From positions 1 to 64,000 of the IMG/VR virus record IMGVR_UViG_3300030846_000100: a stretch of 64,000 nt of DNA; one strand, 5' to 3'. Both the position numbers and the translations under genes were made by a program. The DNA comes from a virus (Duplodnaviria > Caudoviricetes). The notes beneath the pieces are model-generated. The model searched no databases. It was not told the DNA's origin and saw only the letters and a list, made by a program, of their open reading frames with translations. Below, piece after piece: positions 36,706 to 46,459 of the stretch; position 1 is the first letter of the stretch, and each line of letters starts with the position of its first letter.

Positions 36706-39646
36706 GAATATCGAGGTTTTTAACAAAATTTAGTAGTGTATCGCTAGATTCATATTGACCATACGCATCGCTCCAGACCATATTCATTGTTGTTTCGAAT
36801 CGACCGGGTGATAATGTATGAGTAATTCCCGTTATACCATACCTGTTGTCGAGCGAGGTTCCCGTGTTTACGTCGAGATACCACATCTGTGCATATCGAG
36901 CTAGTGGGCAACCCAACGAGGTTACTGTAACCGCGCCGGGAATGACTCGTAATGGTAGACCGTAAGTTCCACCTCCATTTGGTTGGGTTACTGCGGGACG
37001 CCCAGCTTTAGATGATAACATCTGTACAGAAGTCAACAGTGGATCTTGTTTCGATGCTATCGTGATGTTCGATATCGTCGAAGCATTTCCACCGTAAATG
37101 ATCGTGGGTATCGTGAGACTCACCAAACGCTTGATAGTTTCGTACGATGCACCATCTTCTATTTGGACACCGAACCTTTGATCGGGTTTCAATCGTTGAC
37201 CCGTTTGCAACAAAAGTTCTTGATCGAAGTTCCTGATCGATTTTTCAATGATCGACTTGAATTTCGTGTTCAGTTTCTCCTGTTGCTTCGAATTCTTGAA
37301 TTCACGTTTGTCGGATTTCAGGATTGATCCTGCGAGTGGATAAGGATCTATCGTCTTGTCGAAGACGTGAACCCTAAGAACCTTCGTAAAATTGGAGTCG
37401 TTCGTCTTGCCCGACAATTCATTCAAGTTGCGTTCGAACGATTTCAACAGATCGCCCGAAGCAACGGAACTTAGAGCGACCTGCGTTGCTTCAACGTAGA
37501 CGTCGATTGCAGGCATCTTGAATGGACCGTTCTTATCACCCTGTTGCGCTAAGGCTGTCTCGTAGTTATCTGATTGGTTCTTCCTGAGCTTCGCATCCTT
37601 CAATTTGGGGTCATACGGTTCGAAGTACGTGAAGAACCCGTATCCTGGTCCACGTACGTCCTGTAACTGCGAATCAATCACGAGCTTCAGGAACTCCTCC
37701 ATCGTGATTCGATCCGTCTTCCGAGTTGCAATGTGATCCTTGAATTGATCGAGAAACACGCTCATGTCGATCGGAAATTCAGCGATGTTCGTGCTCGCAG
37801 CTTTTCCCGCAGATTCATTGAACGGGTAGAAAAACATTTGAAGCTCGTCAATGCTTGACATCGTGGCTACTGCGTTGGTCAAGAACGTGGTGAACAATTT
37901 ACCGAATGACACGAGCTTTCTGAATTGCTTGTCGCTTCTGTTCTCCTTGTCACGAAACACCGTGTTGTTGTAACGAGTCGTGATCTCGGTGAAGGGATGT
38001 TTTTGAGCGTTCAGTTGCTCAGAACGTTTCTTGTCCTTTTCCTCGGTCAACAGGAACACGTCGACTCCCGAGCGGACCTCATCGAACAATTTCTTCACCG
38101 CAGCGTCGGCTCGATCATTGAAGCGTTGGTTGAATGCGAATTTCTTTTCCTTTGAACCTTCCGTTTCGTACAATTTTTGCAGAGCTTTCTTCAGTCCTTC
38201 CGCGGCTTCAACGTCGATCTTGTTTGATTCCTTGAGGAACGTCTTGTCGATTTTGGACAACAACGTTGCGACTTCCTTGGGATCGATGCTAGGAAATGAT
38301 CCGAACGATCCAGCCTCAATGATTTGATACGCACGAATCTCCTTCAAGACACCGACTCCCTTGTCGAGGTTGAGCTTTTCTCTGTAACCTTGAATGTCGT
38401 CGGCAAGCTTTTGAATCTGCTTTTCGAGATCCTTGAATGAATTCTTGGTATCAGTCACACGAATGTCCTTAAGCTCCTGCACGCCTCTCGTGTAAAGCTG
38501 GAGGTTGACTTTCACTTGCCCAACCTGGTCGAACTCGTACGAGCTATTGACGATACCGTACGGTTCACGAACGAGTAATTTATTGTTGATGAAATTCGCG
38601 TAAGGATTGTTAGGTTCTATTGGGTGACGCCACCCGTACGTCACCCATACGGTCGTTTGTGCGTAGATCAATGGTTTGATCAAATCAGCGAGCTCGCTCA
38701 GCCTCGAACGATCATGAACTATCAATGTGAGGTTCGCAGTCTTGTAGGTCATCATTCCAAACGTCGGTCGTACCTCGACGGTAAAGCTTTCAACGGAAGC
38801 GAGCGGCCTGAAATGATCGAGAACGTTGACGTAGCGTGAGCCCTCAGCAACGGGAGAAGGATTCGTTAGCGTTTGCGGGGAGGTGAATAATTCCATACCA
38901 CCGATCGTCATGTCTGATGGGAATTCTTTCGAACTATCAGTGTAGTCAGCACGTATCGTGTTACCTTCAACCATCATGTCGTTCGCAGTACCATCACTGA
39001 AATCACCAGCTTGACCCTTCGTGATGTTCTGAGCACCGAGCAGGAACTTTAGCAAGCTGGGGGCATTCAATCGTGAATTCTTGAGGAACGATCTATCGAA
39101 TACGAAATCGGTTGATAAATAAGGAACGCATCTCGACATCACGAGACTTGGCATAAAGTTGAGAAAGATCTCAGCATCACGTGCTGCGATTGTCAAGGGG
39201 CTGATGAAGTTCTCATCGCTGCAGATGATCGAGACGCCCTTCTCGCTCTTCGTTCTAGCGAACGGATCCAACGATACGATCCGTTCGAACTCGTTGTTCG
39301 TGATCTTTGATTGCTTCAATTGATCATCAACGTCCTGGTACATCAGTTGCCAGTCAACGCCGTTCGTTGACACGTTACCAGCTGTTGAGTAGAAACGAAT
39401 TGCACGATGGAAATCCTTCGCATCCTCGTCGTTCGCCTTCAAGAGGATCTCTTCGAGTTCTTTCTTCATCGTTGCGACGGTTGGTGTTCCTCCACCGTCA
39501 CGATCAACCAGCAACTTCAGAAGCCTCTTGACAATGTTCGATCTATCACCGTCCTTGACACCGCCCGTGTTCTCAATGACCCCCGAGAGGTCCGCAGGAG
39601 AGAACATGGAGAATATATTCCTTAGATCAGAAAAATCAGCGCCCAT
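36698..39646 (-). CDS. Large baseplate hub-like structural protein
   Basis: 982 aa; VTYGW...YGIVNSSY.F and C-terminal YGITGITHTLSPGRFET, typical of hub proteins; tail-module context. Confidence 0.65.
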   Translation of the reverse strand: MGADFSDLRNIFSMFSPADLSGVIENTGGVKDGDRSNIVKRLLKLLVDRDGGGTPTVATMKKELEEILLKANDEDAKDFHRAIRFYSTAGNVSTNGVDWQLMYQDVDDQLKQSKITNNEFERIVSLDPFARTKSEKGVSIICSDENFISPLTIAARDAEIFLNFMPSLVMSRCVPYLSTDFVFDRSFLKNSRLNAPSLLKFLLGAQNITKGQAGDFSDGTANDMMVEGNTIRADYTDSSKEFPSDMTIGGMELFTSPQTLTNPSPVAEGSRYVNVLDHFRPLASVESFTVEVRPTFGMMTYKTANLTLIVHDRSRLSELADLIKPLIYAQTTVWVTYGWRHPIEPNNPYANFINNKLLVREPYGIVNSSYEFDQVGQVKVNLQLYTRGVQELKDIRVTDTKNSFKDLEKQIQKLADDIQGYREKLNLDKGVGVLKEIRAYQIIEAGSFGSFPSIDPKEVATLLSKIDKTFLKESNKIDVEAAEGLKKALQKLYETEGSKEKKFAFNQRFNDRADAAVKKLFDEVRSGVDVFLLTEEKDKKRSEQLNAQKHPFTEITTRYNNTVFRDKENRSDKQFRKLVSFGKLFTTFLTNAVATMSSIDELQMFFYPFNESAGKAASTNIAEFPIDMSVFLDQFKDHIATRKTDRITMEEFLKLVIDSQLQDVRGPGYGFFTYFEPYDPKLKDAKLRKNQSDNYETALAQQGDKNGPFKMPAIDVYVEATQVALSSVASGDLLKSFERNLNELSGKTNDSNFTKVLRVHVFDKTIDPYPLAGSILKSDKREFKNSKQQEKLNTKFKSIIEKSIRNFDQELLLQTGQRLKPDQRFGVQIEDGASYETIKRLVSLTIPTIIYGGNASTISNITIASKQDPLLTSVQMLSSKAGRPAVTQPNGGGTYGLPLRVIPGAVTVTSLGCPLARYAQMWYLDVNTGTSLDNRYGITGITHTLSPGRFETTMNMVWSDAYGQYESSDTLLNFVKNLDIPK

Positions 39647-39653
39647 CGTAGAT

Positions 39654-39660
39654 TACTTAT
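39654..39660 (-). promoter_or_regulatory. Candidate late promoter variant ATAAGTA
   Basis: 7 nt before ATG 39646. Confidence 0.4.
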
Positions 39661-39667
39661 CTACCAA

Positions 39668-40321
39668 TCAAGATGGTTCCCCCGCATCATACCTCATCGA
39701 AAAATACGATCTTGAGGCTTCGTTGAACACGTAATCTGGATCCGACATTTCAACGTTAGAAATGACAACCTTGTCGTTATCGAACAGTTCTTTTATAGAA
39801 GGAAAGTACTCTAGCGAGTACGCGTAATTAAGAACATGTGATTTGCTATCGTAGTACACGAACGAGTCATCTTCGGGGGATGGGGTAACTGGATCGCTGA
39901 TATCATCAAGTTCCCTTGCATCAACGTCCGGTCTTTCTTTGTACTTTTTCCACACGTTCAAGGCTGATTTTGATACTTTGTCCCTGTCGGAAATCAATGC
40001 ACCTTCGAACGCCATTGCAATGTCGTACATCAGGGGACCGTAACCTTTTTCAGCCGCGGAATTCGCAACCTCCTTCGCGCCCCAAGCTTTCCCTTCGGGA
40101 TTTTTCACGGTTATTGTTCCAACGATCGAATCCTCAATCGGACCCACGAGATCAGCATCATCATGGCGATAATCTTCAAAGAATTCTCCAATCTTCTTCA
40201 TGAATTCTTTCGTATCGTACAACGTGTAGACAACGAAGGTATCATCGATCGATCGATGCAGTGCTAAACCACGACGCTTCGCCTCGGGAACTGAGATCGC
40301 CGCCTCGAATAGTTTCTTCAT
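39668..40321 (-). CDS. GNAT-like paralog (family A), short leader MKKLFE
   Basis: AWGAKEVANSAAEKGYGPLMYDIAM...SDR..VS..A..VW. Confidence 0.75.
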   Translation of the reverse strand: MKKLFEAAISVPEAKRRGLALHRSIDDTFVVYTLYDTKEFMKKIGEFFEDYRHDDADLVGPIEDSIVGTITVKNPEGKAWGAKEVANSAAEKGYGPLMYDIAMAFEGALISDRDKVSKSALNVWKKYKERPDVDARELDDISDPVTPSPEDDSFVYYDSKSHVLNYAYSLEYFPSIKELFDNDKVVISNVEMSDPDYVFNEASRSYFSMRYDAGEPS

Positions 40322-40953
40322 GAATTGTACTTATTATGAAAGTACTTCATGAATGCTAAGTTGAATACTGCGTTCAAATCGTTCACGATGACATCCTTGA
40401 AGGTATTTTGATCATTATCGAATAGTGCTTGAATTGATGGAAAATCGCCCAACGCATAAGCATAGTTCAAGACGTCTTCGTCTTGACGAGGATCATCATC
40501 GTACGGTCCGGGACCGTAAGGTCCTTCTTCTGTACTTGAACCAAAGACGTATGAATCATCGAATTTTTGTGGTGTTTTAGGGTTCATGACATCATCAAGA
40601 GGCATCATTGCAATGTCGTACATCAAAGGACCGTAACCCTTTTCAGCCGCGGATGCTTGAACCTCTTTTGCACCGTACGCGGAAGCGCTGGGTTTCTTGA
40701 ATTCAATGATTCCAACAATGGATTTCCTCAACCTTTGAGCGACACCCTCATCCGTATAACCTTCAGCTCTACCCGTTTTTTGCAGTGCTTTCTGCAATGG
40801 CTTCATCTCGTCTAAAAAAACACTTGGATCGTACAAAGTGTAACACTTTCGTGTACCCGATCCCGTAGAAATGTGCAACGCAAGATGACGTTTCTTTGCA
40901 TCCGATGTCGAAGCTGCGACCTCTTGAATGAAATTACGTAAAATCTGTGTCAC
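40318..40953 (-). CDS. GNAT-like paralog (family A) with shared leader
   Basis: ILRNFIQE; AYGAKEVQASAAEKGYGPLMYDIAM; lacks the DR..VS..W segment. Confidence 0.75.
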   Translation of the reverse strand: MTQILRNFIQEVAASTSDAKKRHLALHISTGSGTRKCYTLYDPSVFLDEMKPLQKALQKTGRAEGYTDEGVAQRLRKSIVGIIEFKKPSASAYGAKEVQASAAEKGYGPLMYDIAMMPLDDVMNPKTPQKFDDSYVFGSSTEEGPYGPGPYDDDPRQDEDVLNYAYALGDFPSIQALFDNDQNTFKDVIVNDLNAVFNLAFMKYFHNKYNS

Positions 40954-41240
40954 GAGAGTAATGCCGCGATGTCATTGATGTCGGGAACGTTGATGATCGT
41001 GCCAGGAGGAACTTGGAGCCCGTAACCGATCGAACTCGCCGCCGCCAAAATCCACCACGCACGACCGTCGCCGTATATTATTCCCGATAAAGTATCGAGC
41101 CGTTGTGCTTCCGTAAGCGTTAATTCACGTGTTTTGATCGTACCGTTCTTGATACCTGAACGAATGACGTTGATGGCTTCTGATGTGCCGTATTGCTCAC
41201 CCAAACGAAGGATGGGACAACGATTGTAGCGACTGAACAT
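40950..41240 (-). CDS. LysM-like baseplate wedge protein (gp53/gpX-like)
   Basis: RLDTLSGIIYGD..WWILAAAS.I....QVPPGT.I.VP. Confidence 0.8.
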   Translation of the reverse strand: MFSRYNRCPILRLGEQYGTSEAINVIRSGIKNGTIKTRELTLTEAQRLDTLSGIIYGDGRAWWILAAASSIGYGLQVPPGTIINVPDINDIAALLS

Positions 41241-42031
41241 TACGAAACCCTCAAAAGTAAATCATCGCCTGGTTTTGAAACACCTTTTTTTTGACGAATC
41301 AATGCGTGTTGGCGGCGCGCAGCTAACCGTAAATTTTCTTTATGAGATTCAGATTTGATTTTACCTTTTGCGGCAATTCTCATATTTTGTTTCGCGTTAT
41401 CCGTAACAGGTTTAGAGATTCTTCTTTTGTTCGCAAGTGAAATTTTTTCCCTTGTTTCTTTTGAAGGAATATGTCCGGTCCTACCTTTCAATGATTGCGA
41501 TATCAACTTACGAGTTTCAATTGGCATTGGGGCACGTTTTTTCGATGCAATACTCAATTTGATTCTAGTTTCATCTGAAACGGGCGGGCGATTTTTTGCT
41601 GAATTAGAAATGTTTAATCGTTGTTCAGAAGAAAACCTAAAACCTTTAGAATGAGTATTTCCCCATAAATGATCTTTGAAAGATTCAGGTTTTGGTTTAC
41701 GCATTTTTCTCTTAGTTTCCTCGGAATGTTTTTTTCCCAGCATTGGTTTTCGACCACTGACACCTTCACCGCCTAATGTCAAGTTACAAGCAAATGAACT
41801 TGAAAGAGGATCTTGATAGAAAGTATGAAATTCTTTGATCAGATCAATTTCCTTGTCAAAAGCTTCTTGTTCTGTTTCGGTTTCAAATACAATTTTTCTT
41901 ACAATGCCATGTTTATTGCGAACATTTTTATGCTTCACATTTCGATTGAAATGTTTAATACGTTTTTGGTTACCTTTTCCAACATAGAAAACAATTCCCG
42001 AATCAGTTTCATCAGTATAAACAAAAAACAT
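41240..42031 (-). mobile_element. Free-standing GIY-YIG homing endonuclease with NUMOD3 repeats, inside the baseplate operon
   Basis: FVY...FYVGKG...R, E.EAF..E..LI, NLT.GGEG, GKKHSEET and several S.ETR.K.S repeats. Confidence 0.88.
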
Positions 42032-42032
42032 G

Positions 42033-45000
42033 TTATTTTCCTTCTTTCACAGAATCAGAATCCATTTTGTGCCAGCCCAGAGAATAAATAGGCGCACGAT
42101 TGAACCCTTGAAAATCAATACCAGGAGAAATATCGTGAATAGGCGTGAATGAAAAATTCACTTTAAAAAATCGAGGAGCTCTTTGTCCGATATTTGTTTC
42201 CCATGTTACATTATCGTAGAAATCGAAGTCGAGATTGTCAATCTTTCCAGCAAGCCCCTGTCCACGAGTCTCCTGAAACGATCTAACCAAAGCGTTCTTA
42301 TCGGGGTTCAGGAATTCAGATAGTTGTTGGACTGAATCAGAGATCTCTGAGTTGCTCGATAGGATCTGATCCTTGATCTCGTTCACGGTTCGAATCGTTG
42401 GAAGGAGATTATCTGAATGCACGTTGTACGATCCACCGATGACACGACGTGATGAGTTCTCGTTGTTGTCGTACTTCTTTTTAAGCGACGCTCGAATCCT
42501 CGACACGTCGTCGGAATTCATGCTGAATCGTGATAGCATCTCACCCGCCTCCATGATCGAAGGTTTCACGATAAGGTTTTTCGTTGTCTTGTCGTTACCG
42601 CTCGTGATCTTGAATTCAAAGAACTTGATGTCGTGCTTGTCAACCTGGAACGTCGGAGCGAATCCCGCACCTTGATTGATCCCACCGATGATCGGGATCG
42701 TTGGTAACGTTACGCGTGTTGCGCCTTCAGTTTGATTGCTGAGGTTGTCGGTTGACAATGCCCATGTGTAGTTCTCATTCTTGGTGGAGATCGCATCCTG
42801 CAATTTCTTTTTCAGCTCTTCCAGCAAACCTTCGAACTTGATCTTCGTTCCGTTGAGAACCATCTCGCCTGAATCGGCACCGAACAAACGTGAAAGTGCG
42901 AATCGTGAGTAGTTCGACCTGATGACGTCACCGATTCGCAAACGAACGAGCGGGCTCGCAGACATCAGCTGGCTGAATGGTTGAATGATCGTGTTTTGAC
43001 CGTCTTGAGTCGTGAGCGTTCGACCCTTCGTGTACTGCGGGTACACCATCGATGTCAACTTGTTGACCTTGACCCACATATCGTTAAAGTCTTCCTCCGA
43101 TGTCGATGCAATGTAAAAACCGCATGATACCTTTCGAGTCGTGTTCTTGTAGACTTGTACGGGATCAACACGACCGAATCCTTCTGACGATTCCCAGTTG
43201 GGAGAATACGCATCGCTCAACGCGGTGATGAACGCATGGAATGATATGATCTCGTTCGTTCGAAGGTCGTGAAGGTAGAAAGGAACGTACTCAGCCTCAA
43301 GCTTTTTTTCCATCATCTTGACGGTCAGATCGTTCGGGTTCGTGCTATCGTAAGGAATCCTTGCGCCACGTTGCTGTATGTCGTTCGATGTGAGCATCTT
43401 GTAGAAAACACGAGCCTTATCGTGTTGCATCCCTAATCCCGTGTTCAATGCACCGATTCCGTTCATCGCAGTCAATCCAACTGCAGAATCTGGTAAGAGG
43501 TACATTGCTGGTGAACGATTGCTGCTCCACGCAAGCTTTAGTCCACCCGCAAGACGATTCTTGACGACGTTCCCCGAGAACGCATCGTCACTCTCAGAAT
43601 CGATCCTGGATTTCTTTACGGGTTGCCCGGGTTCGTTGACGCTTTCGATCGAGTTCTCATCGTTCAGAAGTTGATCACCCAACGCGGCGAACACGTTCAT
43701 CACCGATATGATCTTTGATGTTCGTATCTCGTCGATCACGCTAAGGATGCTTTGAGCGACCGAGATTGGATTTCCTCCGATGTTCTTGAATCGATCGATG
43801 ATCAACGTACCTGACCTGATGATCGTACGAGCGACGACAACGTTGAATCCCGGACTTCTCGTTGAGTTGACGATCGTACCTCCCAATCGAGATACCAAGC
43901 TGCCGTCGTTGTTGACTCCGAAGAACGCTGCCATGCCTGAATCGACAGCTTTCTTGAATGGATTCACCGTTTGTCGAATTCCAAGCATCGATGCGATATC
44001 AAGCATGTCGCTTGGCGGGAATGCGTTCGGATCCGTACGTGGCATCACGGTTGAACGACCGAGCGTGAAACTATCTGATGAAGTCTTACCCAATGTCTTT
44101 GGTCCAACGTTGATGAGGTTGATGATGAAATCGAGGCCCTCGTAGATCAAAAACACACCCGATGTCAACGCAACAGATAGAGCGATCATGCCGATTGAAT
44201 TGATTCCAGAAAACTGATCATTGATGTTGTTCAATGACCCCCAAGATCCTCCGGGTGCGATCGAAGTGATGTTCGATTCAGTGATCTCGTTCTTTGTCAA
44301 TTTTTCAAGCACATCGTTCGCTTCAAGAACCGATTGGTTGATCCTTGACAATGCGAGTTGATTCGGGCTTGGCAACAACGTCTTTGCTTCCGAACCGAAC
44401 GATGTCGGGTCATTTCCCGAATCCGTCGATCCAATCTCACCTGACGCCCTAATTGACAACGATGAACCCACCTTCGCAAGTTGGTTCGCGGTCATGTCAC
44501 CGAAATCGGGGTGCGTGAACGTCGCATTGTACTTTGCGTTCGGGCGAACGGGTAACCTACGCTCATCATCCGTCGTCGTTATTCTTCCTTGGATGAATCC
44601 ATTCTTCATGCCCAACGAAGCAGCGTCGAACCTATTGTTGGATAACGTCGATCGAATGTACGTGCTCGTCGATTCGGGAGCCTTCAAGAGAAGATCGTTC
44701 CCGTCCGGAGCATCATCAGAACTTTTGCCCTTTTTAAGATCCAGATTGACCTTGGGATCCGTCAACGTTTGAGGTGAACCTCTGAGATCGGGTTGTTGGG
44801 AGACGTTCGGAAGCTCCGAAACGAACTTGTTCGTGTTCGAATCACTCATTCCCGCCGGAAATCCATTCTCGTCGGTCAAGGATGAATCAACGATGGTTGG
44901 ATTGATTGGATACCGATTGACGTTGGAAAGTGACCCGAGGTACCGCCCGAGTGTCACCTTCACATCATTGCCGATGTCCTTCTTGGTCTTATCGACGTTG

Positions 45001-45116
45001 ATGTCACCGTGATCGATTTTACGAGCAGTATCACCATTCTCACCTTCTGGAACGTTGGCGAACGTGATGTTTTTGTTTTCGATGTCAAAGCCACCGTTGC
45101 CCGTGTTAGTTCCCAT
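42033..45116 (-). CDS. Baseplate tail-tube initiator-like protein (gp48/gp54 or CIS tube-like)
   Basis: ISFHAFITALSDAYSPNW....FGRVDPV..YKNTTR, VNKLTSMVYP.Y, SPLVRLRIGD, W.....RAP...V..SFTPIH. Confidence 0.7.
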   Translation of the reverse strand: MGTNTGNGGFDIENKNITFANVPEGENGDTARKIDHGDINVDKTKKDIGNDVKVTLGRYLGSLSNVNRYPINPTIVDSSLTDENGFPAGMSDSNTNKFVSELPNVSQQPDLRGSPQTLTDPKVNLDLKKGKSSDDAPDGNDLLLKAPESTSTYIRSTLSNNRFDAASLGMKNGFIQGRITTTDDERRLPVRPNAKYNATFTHPDFGDMTANQLAKVGSSLSIRASGEIGSTDSGNDPTSFGSEAKTLLPSPNQLALSRINQSVLEANDVLEKLTKNEITESNITSIAPGGSWGSLNNINDQFSGINSIGMIALSVALTSGVFLIYEGLDFIINLINVGPKTLGKTSSDSFTLGRSTVMPRTDPNAFPPSDMLDIASMLGIRQTVNPFKKAVDSGMAAFFGVNNDGSLVSRLGGTIVNSTRSPGFNVVVARTIIRSGTLIIDRFKNIGGNPISVAQSILSVIDEIRTSKIISVMNVFAALGDQLLNDENSIESVNEPGQPVKKSRIDSESDDAFSGNVVKNRLAGGLKLAWSSNRSPAMYLLPDSAVGLTAMNGIGALNTGLGMQHDKARVFYKMLTSNDIQQRGARIPYDSTNPNDLTVKMMEKKLEAEYVPFYLHDLRTNEIISFHAFITALSDAYSPNWESSEGFGRVDPVQVYKNTTRKVSCGFYIASTSEEDFNDMWVKVNKLTSMVYPQYTKGRTLTTQDGQNTIIQPFSQLMSASPLVRLRIGDVIRSNYSRFALSRLFGADSGEMVLNGTKIKFEGLLEELKKKLQDAISTKNENYTWALSTDNLSNQTEGATRVTLPTIPIIGGINQGAGFAPTFQVDKHDIKFFEFKITSGNDKTTKNLIVKPSIMEAGEMLSRFSMNSDDVSRIRASLKKKYDNNENSSRRVIGGSYNVHSDNLLPTIRTVNEIKDQILSSNSEISDSVQQLSEFLNPDKNALVRSFQETRGQGLAGKIDNLDFDFYDNVTWETNIGQRAPRFFKVNFSFTPIHDISPGIDFQGFNRAPIYSLGWHKMDSDSVKEGK

Positions 45117-45122
45117 TGAAAA

Positions 45123-45129
45123 TAACTAT
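45123..45129 (-). promoter_or_regulatory. Candidate late promoter ATAGTTA
   Basis: 6 nt before ATG 45116. Confidence 0.5.
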
Positions 45130-45134
45130 GAATG

Positions 45135-45755
45135 TTATAAGAACGATTCACCGATCATTGTCTTGATGAATTTTCGTAGTTCATTTAAACCTCGACCTTT
45201 TATTTCTGAGCCACCCAAATCGACGAGAACTAGATCGTTTCCTCGTAACATCAGATTCTCAACGTTGATGTCATTGTGACCCGAAATTCCTGCTTGATTC
45301 AATTGTTGAATTATTGGCAGAATTTCCGTTTTTATGATTCCCAGCGCTTCGACTTCTGATTCGACATCTGGATCGACCTCATTGTCAAGAATTCTGAACA
45401 TTAACAATGACCATTCACCGTTCGTATAATGATCCAATTCCTCAAGAGCGTTTTCAATCCTTTGAGCTCGTAATCCAGTCAATGGTGATAAACGTTCCTT
45501 GACAATTGCATCGTAATCATCCAAACGAAAAACATCTTGAACGTTGACAATATTTTTGAAATTTTTGTTCAAAAGCAGTTTGCATGCCCTTGCCTCCGAA
45601 GCATCCGTCGTGATTTTTAAAATTCGTGGTACGTCATGAAATGTACAAAAGTAAGCAAACCCCGTTGAACCTTCACCTGCTATTCCCGTAACATTACACC
45701 CTCGATCGTTAAGAAAATCTTCGAATTCTGATACAGTGTCATCTATTTCGCTCAT
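45135..45755 (-). CDS. Protein kinase (HxD..N and DLG intact) with leader-like motif at the C-terminus
   Basis: GEGSTG, ILKIT, EA, HNDINVENLM, LVDLG; ends LNELRKFIKTMIGE. Confidence 0.8.
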   Translation of the reverse strand: MSEIDDTVSEFEDFLNDRGCNVTGIAGEGSTGFAYFCTFHDVPRILKITTDASEARACKLLLNKNFKNIVNVQDVFRLDDYDAIVKERLSPLTGLRAQRIENALEELDHYTNGEWSLLMFRILDNEVDPDVESEVEALGIIKTEILPIIQQLNQAGISGHNDINVENLMLRGNDLVLVDLGGSEIKGRGLNELRKFIKTMIGESFL

Positions 45756-45964
45756 TGTCTTGTCGCCACTAGTTTACGTAGCTCTTCTTTTACCTCATCA
45801 GTGATAGAAATCAGAGGTTGAAGTGATTCTGAAATCTTCTCAGCGACGGACAAGGCGATAGCTTCGACTTTTTTTCTTTCTTCGGGGTCAGTAATGTCAT
45901 CAATCGATTTCAGGAATCGTTCGTTCTCCATGATCGACTTGATGAGTTCTTCTTTGGTTTTCAT
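45752..45964 (-). CDS. Small helical hypothetical protein
   Basis: Start refined to MKTKEE. Confidence 0.55.
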   Translation of the reverse strand: MKTKEELIKSIMENERFLKSIDDITDPEERKKVEAIALSVAEKISESLQPLISITDEVKEELRKLVATRQ

Positions 45965-45968
45965 ATGT

Positions 45969-46448
45969 TCATAGCTTGTCAATCGTGAATCTAGCGCCAA
46001 AATGAATGTTGTGAGGTAATTTATCAAGCGAGAACCATTCGTGATCATCGTTCTCCCAATTCAATTGTGGAACGAACGAATGTCTCGTTTCTTTCGCCAC
46101 GTTATACACGTAAGTTCTGTAAGCAAAGTTCTTGTCTCTGAACGTTGTTATGGTGATCAATTGAGTTGTGGCGGGGAGTGAACCCATCTCTTCTATTGTT
46201 TCACGCTTCGCACTTTTCAACCAGCGCTCGTTCGATGGATCTTGTGATGCAACATTGTTGTTCTTCATTCCTTCTTCGTCGGTTGCCCCGCCGGCAATTC
46301 CCCAAGTTCCGGGTTGCATGACTTCTTGACTACGTTTCAGTAGAAGAACTTCATTTGTTTCCTTGCAAACGTACATGATTCCGGAAGCTTTGCTTCCCCA
46401 ATATACCGCTTCAACGATCAAACTGATGTACGAGCGTAACAACGACAT
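45969..46448 (-). CDS. Nudix hydrolase with shared leader
   Basis: LLKRS, WGIAGG...SAKRETIEEMG Nudix box; MSLLRSYISLIVE. Confidence 0.88.
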   Translation of the reverse strand: MSLLRSYISLIVEAVYWGSKASGIMYVCKETNEVLLLKRSQEVMQPGTWGIAGGATDEEGMKNNNVASQDPSNERWLKSAKRETIEEMGSLPATTQLITITTFRDKNFAYRTYVYNVAKETRHSFVPQLNWENDDHEWFSLDKLPHNIHFGARFTIDKL

Positions 46449-46459
46449 TGTTTTACCTA

